The translations under genes and the position numbers were made by a program. A stretch of 64,000 bases of DNA, taken from positions 448,001 through 512,000 of the forward strand of contig CAWJKZ010000024.1 of NCBI GenBank assembly GCA_963843575.1, in the 5' to 3' direction. How positions within the stretch are numbered: position 1 is the stretch's first letter; every line of letters starts with the position of its first letter. The stretch comes from an uncultured Acidobacteriota bacterium (lineage in GTDB: Bacteria > Acidobacteriota > UBA6911). The notes under the pieces were generated by a model. That model was not told where the DNA came from, ran no database searches, and was given only the letters and a program-made list of their open reading frames with translations. Below, piece after piece: positions 1-8,241 of this stretch.

Positions 1-1526
1 GCTTGGGCTCGGTTGCCCGAGGACAGGCCCGCGTGGATTCACGCCAACTACACGATCGATCGCGGCATCACCGCTTCGACCATATTGGTTCAAGGCGTGA
101 GCAAGGGGGAAAGCCCCGACAAAGCCGTCCTCTGGGCGATACTGGGAGAGCCCGTCTGCTCCATCGCGGTGCCGTTCTGGGTCGCGGCGGGAGAGACCCC
201 TGACGAGGTACGAGCCGGTAGAAACGCGCCCGTCTATGAGCAGGCTTCCCGCCTTCAGGATTTGCTCAGACCGCTCAGGGGACGGGACAGGAAAGAGTAC
301 GTGGACCTGTCGCGCCTCGACAACAGGGCCGGAACTGGGTGGCTTCCGAAGAACCTCGAGTTGGAGCGCCAGATCCTGTCCGGGGCCCGGACGCTGTTGA
401 GCAGCACGCCCACACCGGACCAGTTGCGGGAGTACGAGAGGAGCAGCGCCGAGCGCGTGTTTGCTGCCCTGAATCAGGCGGGTTCCGGAGCGCCCGATGG
501 CGGCGCCTCGATCTCGTGGACGGACGCCCGCACTCTGAGCCTCGAAGGCAAAGGGTGGGGCGAGACGAAGGCCTTCTATGACCGGCTGCCGGCCAAGGCC
601 GAAGGGCAGGTCCGCGATGCCGTCTGGCAACTCAGCCGGGACTCCGCTGGAATGTGCGTCCGGTTCTCCGCCGATGCTCCGGCAATCCACGTCCGCTGGA
701 GCCTGCTCGACGAACAGCTTGCCCTCCCACACATGCCCGCAACCGGAGTCAGCGGGGTCGATCTCTACGTCAAGACAGAAACCGGGCAATGGCGTTGGCT
801 GGGGACGGGTCGTCCGACGGCGAAAACGAACACGGCAACACTCGCCGACAACATGCCGCAAGCCGCCCGGGAGTACATGCTGTACTTGCCTCTCTACAAC
901 GGCGTCACCTCGGTCGAGATCGGTGTGCCGAAAGGGAGTCGCATCACGGGGGCCCCTCCGCGTCCAGCCGAACGGACGAGACCCGTCGTTTTTTACGGCA
1001 CCTCCATCACCCAGGGCGGGTGCGCTTCCCGCCCCGGCATGGCGTATACCGCGATCCTCGGCCGCCGCCTGGACCGGCCCGTGGTCAACCTGGGCTTCTC
1101 GGGAAGCGCGAAGATGGAACCGGAAGTGGCCGCGCTGGTCGCGGAGCTTGATCCCGCCCTCTTCGTCCTCGACAGCGTCCCCAACATGACCGCTGGCGAG
1201 ATCGCCGAGCGGACTGCGTCCTTTGTCCAAGCTCTCCGCGGCAGGCATCCGGGGACGCCGATCCTCATCGTGGAAGGGCGCACCTATCAGACGTCCTTTC
1301 TGAATGCGAACGTTCGCCGCGATTATTCGGAACGGACCGCAGCTCTCCGGGGAGTGTACGACCGAATGACGGCCGGAGGAGCCGGAAGGCTGTATTTCTG
1401 CCCGGAGAAACCCAGTTGGGCGACGACGGCGAAGCCACCGTGGACGGCAGCCACCCGACCGATCTGGGCTTCATGCGGCAGGCCGACGTCCTGCAAAAAT
1501 GCATCGAGCCTCTAATCAAGCGGTAG
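1..1526 (+). CDS. 5'-partial fusion protein: C-terminal part of a probable Ntn-hydrolase/peptidase C45-like domain plus GxDLY domain and SGNH/GDSL hydrolase (frameshift near 1395)
   Basis: ORF 13..1515 has GVSGVDLYVK (GxDLY) and the SGNH block VFYGTSITQGGCASRPG. The catalytic DGSHPTD..FMRQA tail lies in another frame ending at TAG 1524-1526. The N-terminal domain assignment is weak. Confidence 0.75.
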
Positions 1527-1532
1527 AAACGG

Positions 1533-1760
1533 GGGGACTGACCTCAGCGACTCTTTTTTTATATGGAGTTATACGGTATTCGCCCCTGAAAAGGGGCCAT
1601 ATTTGAGATTTTCGAGGCTGTTTCTTCGAAATATGACTTCCGTTGCTCGCACATGGATCTTATTCACAAAAAGGGAGCAAAAAAGCGCAAATAAAGGGCT
1701 TTTGGAGCAGAAATATGCAGGAAACCACTGATTCTAAGGATTTTGCTCAGGTCCGTCCCC
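1533..1760. mobile_element. AT-rich TIR-bounded non-coding element, copy 1 (MITE/REPIN-like)
   Basis: GGGGACTGACCTCAGC (1533-1548) and GCTCAGGTCCGTCCCC (1745-1760) are inverted repeats (14/16). The interior is AT-rich and is organised like 59072-59311. Confidence 0.7.
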
Positions 1761-3466
1761 TGATTCTGCTGCTGTTGCTGGCGCTGCCTGTGGCGGCGCA
1801 AGGGGACCGTATGGAATGGTTCCGGCATGACAAGTTCGGCATGTTCATCCATTTCGGACCCTATTCGATGCTCGCAGGCGAGTGGAAAGGGCAGCGGGTC
1901 CCGGTCGGGGACGAGGCCGAGTGGATCATGCAGCGCTTCAACATCCCGGCTCGGGAATATCGCGAAATGGCCCGCGGCTTCAACCCCGTTCACTTCGACG
2001 CAAACGCCATCGTTCGCCTCGCGAAGCTCGCAGGGATGAAGTACCTCGTGGTCACGGCCAAGCACCACGACGGCTTCTCCATGTACCACTCGAAGGTCTC
2101 GCCCTACAACATCGTGGACTGGACAAAGTTCGGACGGGATCCGGTGAAGGAACTGGCCGAATCCTGCGCCAGGGAAGGGCTCCGGTTCTGCGTCTACTAC
2201 TCCCACCGCGAGGACTGGGACCACCGCGACGGCTACGGAAACCACTGGGACTACGACGTGTCGAAGAAAGACTTCGCGCGCTACCTCCGCGAAAAGTCGC
2301 TGCCGCAAATGCGCGAGCTGCTCACGGGATATGGACCGCTCGGACTGGTCTGGTTCGACCGGGGCATCGACACGCCGCAGCAGGCCATGGAGTTCGTCAA
2401 CCTGGTGCGGGAGCTGCAGCCGCGCTGCCTGATCAACGGCCGCGTCGGCAACTACGGTCGAGACCTGATGGGCGACTACCAGAACATGAACGACAACGGG
2501 ATGCCCACCGGCGGGCTCGAAGAGTATTGGGAAACGCCGCAGACGCTGAACCGGACTTGGGGCTACAGCCGGTTCGACCAGGAATGGAAAACCCCCGCCG
2601 GCGTCGTCCAGCGCCTCGTCGAGGTCGTCGGCAAAGGGGGCAACTACCTGCTGAATATCGGCCCCATGGGCGACGGCAGAATCCCGCCGCCAAGCGTGGC
2701 GGTCCTGGAACAGGTGGGCGCATGGGTCCGGAGAAACGGGGAGAGCATTTATGGGACGTCCGCCTGCCCGCTGCAGGACTTCCCCTGGGGCCGCTGCACC
2801 GTGCGCGGCGCAAAGGTCTACCTGCACGCGCTGACCAGGCCGGCGGACGGCACCCTCCGGGTGAGCGGGTTAATAACGGCGGTGAAGAGCGCGTACCTTC
2901 TGGCCGAGCCGGCGCGCAGGCTGGAGGTGTCGAATAAAGACGACGTGATATCGGTGGTGGTGGGGCAGGGGAACTGGGACGAGTTCGACACGGTCGTCGT
3001 CCTGGAACTCTCTGGTCCGCCAACGGTCGACCCGCCGCTTGTCACCCAGGGAAGCGATGTGCCGTTTCAACTCGACTGCCAGAACGCCGTGACCGCCGGC
3101 CGGGCCGTCAAGCGGTTCAATCGGGACGGCGGTTTTCACATCTCGAAGTGGACTGGGCCGGAAGATGCGTGCGCATGGCGTCTGCTCGTGAGCCAGCCCG
3201 GACGCTACCGGGTCATGATCCGCTATGCCGCGACGCCGACATCCACGCTTCGCGCGTACACCGTGCGGATCGGGGAACAGGTTCTCGAAGCGCAGGTTGT
3301 GAGCACCGGGGAAGGTTACCGCTACACGGAAGTCGAGCTGGGTACGGTGGAGTTGAAGCGGGCGGGCCCGCTGACCGTGCGGGTAGCACCCAAGGACGCG
3401 GGGGAGAATCTCATGTATCTCCAGCGTCTCTCCCTGAGGCAGGTGGGCCGGGTGGCCGTCGAGTGA
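1715..3466 (+). CDS. Alpha-L-fucosidase (GH29) with C-terminal CBM-like domain, secreted
   Basis: Motifs WFRHDKFGMFIHFG, TAKHHDGF, LVWFD and GGNYLLNIGP, plus a hydrophobic signal peptide. ATG 1715 has GGAG at 1704-1707. Confidence 0.9.
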   Translation: MQETTDSKDFAQVRPLILLLLLALPVAAQGDRMEWFRHDKFGMFIHFGPYSMLAGEWKGQRVPVGDEAEWIMQRFNIPAREYREMARGFNPVHFDANAIVRLAKLAGMKYLVVTAKHHDGFSMYHSKVSPYNIVDWTKFGRDPVKELAESCAREGLRFCVYYSHREDWDHRDGYGNHWDYDVSKKDFARYLREKSLPQMRELLTGYGPLGLVWFDRGIDTPQQAMEFVNLVRELQPRCLINGRVGNYGRDLMGDYQNMNDNGMPTGGLEEYWETPQTLNRTWGYSRFDQEWKTPAGVVQRLVEVVGKGGNYLLNIGPMGDGRIPPPSVAVLEQVGAWVRRNGESIYGTSACPLQDFPWGRCTVRGAKVYLHALTRPADGTLRVSGLITAVKSAYLLAEPARRLEVSNKDDVISVVVGQGNWDEFDTVVVLELSGPPTVDPPLVTQGSDVPFQLDCQNAVTAGRAVKRFNRDGGFHISKWTGPEDACAWRLLVSQPGRYRVMIRYAATPTSTLRAYTVRIGEQVLEAQVVSTGEGYRYTEVELGTVELKRAGPLTVRVAPKDAGENLMYLQRLSLRQVGRVAVE

Positions 3467-3589
3467 CGAAGGGAACCGTGCTCGAGTGAGTCCGCGCTTC
3501 AGCAAGGACACGGTCCGGGAACCACGTGTGCACGATAACCATAGGATGAGCACGCCGGCCGGCTTGAGGCTCATCCAATGCGAGGAACC

Positions 3590-3880
3590 ATGTCTGACAG
3601 AATCCCAGCGATCTTCTTCGGGCATGGCAACCCGATGAATGCCTTGGTGAACAATAGCTACACGGATGGGTGGCGCCGGATCGGGAAACACATTCCCAGG
3701 CCAAAGGCAATCCTGGCGATCTCTGCCCACTGGTTCGTGCCGGAGACAGCCGTCACCGTCAGCGCCGCGCCAAGGACCATTCACGATTTCGGGGGGTTCC
3801 CGCCGGAACTGTACCGCGTGCAGTATCCTGCACCGGGCGATCCGGGTCTCGCACGCCGCGTGAGGGACCGCGTCGAGCCG
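3590..3880 (+). pseudogene. Truncated 4,5-DOPA extradiol dioxygenase (LigB/YgiD family), N-terminal ~95 aa only
   Basis: PAIFFGHGNPMNAL, ISAHW and TIHDFGGFPPELY..QYPAPG are present with a GAGG RBS. Similarity ends at about 3880, where the convergent PepSY gene ends. Confidence 0.8.
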
Positions 3881-3892
3881 ACGCGGCCCGCT

Positions 3893-4507
3893 TCAGCACG
3901 CGAGGAAGACGGCGAGAGTGAGAATCCCGAGAGCGAGCGAGAGGGCGCCGCTGCGCCGCTGCCGCGCCCGCCGGTACCAGACGTAGATTCCGCTCAGCAC
4001 CATGAACACAAGGCCGACGGAGAGCGCGTCCATCGAGCACCTCCACAGCCCGGTTGCCCACCAGTTCTGGTGCAGGGACGGATCCGTCCTTCTCACGCCG
4101 GTAAAGGAATGGAGCATGTTCAGCACTCCCCACCCGTTAACGTGTATCCGGTTGACGGCCGCAACTCCGCTGTCGAAGTCGGCCTTGACCTCGTAGATGT
4201 CCCCCGGCCTGACGACCCGGAATCCCAAGGTTCCCGCTGCGTCCCGCGTGATCGTCCCGGAAATCTCCCCGCGGATGCGTAATTGCGTCATCAGGTCTTT
4301 CGCCACCTCTGAGTCAGTGTCCGCGGCATGGCGCGCTATCCGGATCTCGGCGGAGGTCTGCCTCCGCTCGTTCCAGAATCCGGCTATGCGCCATCCGGGG
4401 TGGTTCAGGACGACGCCGGAGAGGCAGAAAAGCCACGTGAAGAACAGGAAATACAGCCCGATGTAGATGTGCAGCCTGCGACTCCAGTTCTCAACTGCAG
4501 ATGGCAT
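3893..4507 (-). CDS. PepSY-associated TM helix domain protein
   Basis: RRLHIYIGLY...LSGVVLNH, LNMLHSFTG and LSGIYVWY. Three TM helices with conserved histidines. Confidence 0.8.
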   Translation of the reverse strand: MPSAVENWSRRLHIYIGLYFLFFTWLFCLSGVVLNHPGWRIAGFWNERRQTSAEIRIARHAADTDSEVAKDLMTQLRIRGEISGTITRDAAGTLGFRVVRPGDIYEVKADFDSGVAAVNRIHVNGWGVLNMLHSFTGVRRTDPSLHQNWWATGLWRCSMDALSVGLVFMVLSGIYVWYRRARQRRSGALSLALGILTLAVFLAC

Positions 4508-5141
4508 ACAAGGCCCCGAATAGAGAGAGTGCCCCGGCGACGATGAGCACCAGGCCGACCGGTCGCTCCGACCGCAAAACCGCCCACAGATATATCCCGC
4601 TTACCGAGAGGAAGAGCAGCAACCAGGCCGTCCCGTCGGCCATCCAACGCCAGACCCGCACCATTCCCCAGTTGCCGCGGATGGTGGCGAGATGGGGTCC
4701 CGGCATCTTGTGCAGGAAGATGAGGGCATCCCCAAAACCGGTCCTGCGCTCCTGTACCGAGGCCAGGCCGGTGCTCAGGCCTATGTCGACGGTGGCTTCG
4801 TACCCGGGTTTGGAGACGGGGATCGTGAGGGTCTTGTTTCCGGAGGAATAGCGTATGAACCCGATTTCGCCCGAGATGCCGACCTGCCGGAGGATGTGCC
4901 GGACTTGCCGGATCCGTTCCGTCCCCTCGAGCTTGTCGAGCCCGGGCGGCAGATCGACCTGCCGGGTTCCGGCCTCGCTTTCGGCAGGCGCTCCCAGGGG
5001 GATTCCCGGGTGGTTCAGCAGAACCACGCTTACCGCGAACACAAGGACAAAAGGGCTCAGGAAGAGGCCCACGTACAAATGCAGGTCCCGGGTGAGGGAG
5101 TATGCTTCCCAAACTCGAGATCGAGGCTGTTGATGCGGCAT
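4491..5141 (-). CDS. PepSY-associated TM helix domain protein (tandem paralog)
   Basis: RDLHLYVGLF...VLLNH, LIFLHKMPG and VSGIYLW. Start chosen at MPHQQPR. Overlaps the next paralog. Confidence 0.8.
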   Translation of the reverse strand: MPHQQPRSRVWEAYSLTRDLHLYVGLFLSPFVLVFAVSVVLLNHPGIPLGAPAESEAGTRQVDLPPGLDKLEGTERIRQVRHILRQVGISGEIGFIRYSSGNKTLTIPVSKPGYEATVDIGLSTGLASVQERRTGFGDALIFLHKMPGPHLATIRGNWGMVRVWRWMADGTAWLLLFLSVSGIYLWAVLRSERPVGLVLIVAGALSLFGALYAICS

Positions 5142-5156
5142 GTCGTCCACGCAATC

Positions 5157-5318
5157 TGGATAGCGGTGGCTCGACGCCGCGCTTCGCCGCCGGAGGCGCG
5201 GCATTGTGACACAATAAACCTCTCCACGAATCCTCGGCAGAGGCGACCTGGAGGGAATGTCGGGCAGCGGCGGCGCCCAGGCGCAGCCCCCAAAGCGGCG
5301 TCGAGCCGCCGCGCTCCA
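5157..5318. repeat. Inverted pair of REP-like 24-mers (TGGAGTGCGGCGGCTCGACGCCGC family)
   Basis: 5157-5180 and 5295-5318 are inverted (21/24). Related single copies occur at about 10146-10163, 31257-31283 and 35362-35383. Confidence 0.7.
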
Positions 5319-5405
5319 CAATGGGTCGCCTCGGTGTACATCGAATCACTCCGGGAATAAAATGGCATCCGAACGGGAATCTTCAAAGCCTTTTCGGAGT
5401 GCGCC

Positions 5406-6392
5406 GTGCACCGGATTCTGGCAACCCTCCTGGTGTTGAGCCTCGTGCCGCCCTTTGCGGGCGTGGCGTCGGGGAAGAAAGCGTTCCAGGTAGTCGGTCG
5501 GATCCTCCAGGCCGACGGGACGCCGGTCCCCGCTGCGGCGGCGGTCGTGTTCCTGCATGGCGTCGTTACCCCTTTCAGCAGCCGGACGGTGGCGGGACGC
5601 GATGGCAGGTTCAGGTTTAAGAAAATCCCCGCAGGGACCTATGTGCTGGTGGCGGCGGTTCCCCGTGTCGGCGAGCTGCGGAAGACGATCGAAGTGGGGC
5701 CCAGCTTTGCCGACGCGGAACACACGGTCAGCGCCACCCTCACCTATGATCAAGCCGCCCCGATTAACCGGCGGGGCACGATTTCCAGGTCCGAGCTCTC
5801 GGTTGCCGAGGATGCGGCCCAGGAGTACAAGACAGCCCACGAACTGCTCTCCCGGCACGACGTCAACGGGGCTGTCGAGCGCCTCAGGAAGGCCGTGGTC
5901 ATTTCCCCTCAATTCGCGGCCGCGTGGAATCAGCTTGGGACCATCTCCTATCAGGCCGGCCAGTACAGGCAGGCCGAGGAGTATTTCCGCGAGGCCTTGA
6001 AACAGGACCCCGATGCCTACTCGCCCCTGGTGAACCTGGGAGGTGCCCTGCTGGCGCTGAACCGATTCGAGGAGTCCCTGGAGATCAACCGTGCGGCGGT
6101 CAAGGCGATGCCCGGCGATCCACTGGCGCACTCCCAGCTGGGCAAGAGCTATTTTTACCTCGGCCGACTCGATGACGCCCTGACCCACCTCAAGCGGGCC
6201 AAGGCGTTGGACCCCTCGCACTTCTCCTATCCGCACCTCTTCTTAATCGAGATCTATGCCCGCATGAATCAGCTGCCGGCCGCGATTGCGGAGATGGAGG
6301 AGTTTCTCAAGCTCCATCCCGACTCGGACTGGGCGCCGAAGATCCGGGAGCTGTTGAGCCGGACCCGGGCGCGCGACAAACAGTCGCCTTGA
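5406..6392 (+). CDS. Secreted carboxypeptidase-regulatory-like domain plus TPR protein
   Basis: Signal peptide, DGRFRFKKIPAGTYVL beta-sandwich, and several TPR motifs (AWNQLG, LVNLG, AHSQLG). Confidence 0.85.
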   Translation: MHRILATLLVLSLVPPFAGVASGKKAFQVVGRILQADGTPVPAAAAVVFLHGVVTPFSSRTVAGRDGRFRFKKIPAGTYVLVAAVPRVGELRKTIEVGPSFADAEHTVSATLTYDQAAPINRRGTISRSELSVAEDAAQEYKTAHELLSRHDVNGAVERLRKAVVISPQFAAAWNQLGTISYQAGQYRQAEEYFREALKQDPDAYSPLVNLGGALLALNRFEESLEINRAAVKAMPGDPLAHSQLGKSYFYLGRLDDALTHLKRAKALDPSHFSYPHLFLIEIYARMNQLPAAIAEMEEFLKLHPDSDWAPKIRELLSRTRARDKQSP

Positions 6393-6429
6393 CCGTGTGG
6401 ACCGGTGGAAGCGGCTGTGCGGGTGTTCG

Positions 6430-7332
6430 TTATTTTCCCCGATGACGAATCTCGTATTTCTCTTCGAGCCGGAGCGGCCGGTACGAGAGCTTTGTCTTGC
6501 GCAGCCCGGGAATGCCAAGATCCTCTTCGAGATTGACGTACGCACAACCGGCGAAGAGGCGCCGGCAGGCATTCATCAGGAGAGCCTGGTAGATGCCGCC
6601 GATGTCGGCGTTGGCGTACTGAAAATGCACAACGGCGGTTTCCGCAAAACCGGTGCTGGCGATAATGAATCCCTGAAGCTCCCCGCGGACGATCATGGCC
6701 CCGCCCACCAATCCGAGGTGTTCGTAGGCCTGGAAAGCCCGTTCCAGCGCGCGGCGCTGATCATCGACGCTGAGGGAGGGGTGGGAAACTGTCGGCGCCC
6801 TTTCCCGCCCCTCCGCCCACGATGCGAACAACCTCATCGCGCTGCCGAAGCGGGAGCGGTCAAGGGGGCGAAACTCGTAGTCCGGGCTGCTGCTGACGAA
6901 CTTCCGGACCTGGTTGCGTTTCCCATCGAACTTCTTCCCCTTCAGCTCGGCCAGCACTTGTGTCAGGTAGGTGTAGTCGAAGTAATCACGCAGGGGCCGC
7001 ACGTCGAACTCGTCGGGGGGGAGGGCGTCGACCAGCGCCCTGCGCGCCCGTGAAATCCGGCCGATCCGGGTGACGCAACAGCGCGCGGCATCCGCCAGCC
7101 GGTGGCCGCCGATCGGTTCCAGAAAATAGGCCGGTTCCGACTGCGGCTCGATGAGGAGGCACAGGCTGCCCCACACCCTGGTGACCGACGGCCGCTCGCG
7201 GTCGCGCCAGATGAACAGGGTGGCGGGGATCAGGTCGCATATCACCGGTGTTGTGCCGCCCAGGTGCTCCACGAGCATCGCGTGGTCGTCCAGCTCCAGC
7301 GGCCTCAGGTCCGGGAACTCAGGAACCATCAC
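6430..7332 (-). CDS. DUF2156 / phosphatidylglycerol lysyltransferase C-terminal-like domain protein
   Basis: RDYFDYTY, LKGKKFDGKRNQVRKF and YVNLEEDLGIPGLRKTKLSYRP are typical of DUF2156. Confidence 0.85.
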   Translation of the reverse strand: MMVPEFPDLRPLELDDHAMLVEHLGGTTPVICDLIPATLFIWRDRERPSVTRVWGSLCLLIEPQSEPAYFLEPIGGHRLADAARCCVTRIGRISRARRALVDALPPDEFDVRPLRDYFDYTYLTQVLAELKGKKFDGKRNQVRKFVSSSPDYEFRPLDRSRFGSAMRLFASWAEGRERAPTVSHPSLSVDDQRRALERAFQAYEHLGLVGGAMIVRGELQGFIIASTGFAETAVVHFQYANADIGGIYQALLMNACRRLFAGCAYVNLEEDLGIPGLRKTKLSYRPLRLEEKYEIRHRGK

Positions 7333-7780
7333 GAGGCCTCACCAGGCAGACGCACAGGTCAGGGCGGCACGCCGCACAGCCGTATACCGAGCGCGGCAAG
7401 AGATCGGGGGGCTGGGTCAGCGCTTCCCGGAATCCTGCCTTCCTGAAGAATCCCGGGACAAGGGTGAAGAGATAGACCGGGGAGGACGCCTCGCGGGACA
7501 CCCGCTCTACCAGGGCCCGCCCGATGCCCCGGCCCTGGAGCTCCTCGCGGACACCGACACAGCTGAGCAGCGAGCAGGTGGCGAGCCGCTTCAGCTCGGC
7601 CGTGCCCACGAGCACGCCACCCGACTCGGCCACCCAGAAACAGGACAGGTCCATTGCCGGGTAAGCCAGATCCAGAGACTCAACCAGCGCGAGTATCCCG
7701 GCGTGATCTCCGGGGCGGGCCCTGCGGATGTGGAGACAACCCGGAGGGCCGGACTGTCCTGGCGAAAGTGGCGTTGTCAT
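7319..7780 (-). CDS. GNAT family N-acetyltransferase (ArgA-like)
   Basis: Acetyl-CoA motif VGVREELQGRGIGRALV and YLFT..PGFFRKAGF. Overlaps the DUF2156 start. Confidence 0.8.
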   Translation of the reverse strand: MTTPLSPGQSGPPGCLHIRRARPGDHAGILALVESLDLAYPAMDLSCFWVAESGGVLVGTAELKRLATCSLLSCVGVREELQGRGIGRALVERVSREASSPVYLFTLVPGFFRKAGFREALTQPPDLLPRSVYGCAACRPDLCVCLVRPRDGS

Positions 7781-8241
7781 CAGGGGGGAAAGTCTAACAC
7801 GATCGCGGCAGGATTCGACACCGCTGCTCGAGGGGACCCCGGAGCTCCGCGTTATCTTCCCTCCCGGTTTGGCTAACCCCGGCACCGATAGGGCCCTAGA
7901 CGCTCGCGGCCGTGCGCCGGCTCGAGGCGCTGCGGGTCCCCGCGACGATCCCACCCGAATAACGCCGCCCGCAACGAAGCAGTCGAAGACGGATTTGTGC
8001 TGAATATCGCCGCGAATGGGAATATTTTGGATGTTCCCACAGGAGGATTCGACATGATCCGCCCTAAGCTGCCGCCGTCCGCTCGCGACCGCCGCGACGG
8101 TCTCGTGCGGAAACAGCAGGGAGCATCGACTGTGCCGTTTCCAGATTCTTCGAGTCTCCGGGCCTTGGAGGCGGGCAGTGGAGCTCGCCTCCCGGGACTC
8201 GGCAGCTTCCGACAAACGCTGTCAGATCGAGGACCAACGTC

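Noticed and set aside
1533-1760. AT-rich elements as CRISPR leader/array or replication origin
   Set aside because: There are no repeat-spacer units, cas genes or DnaA boxes. The termini are inverted, not direct.
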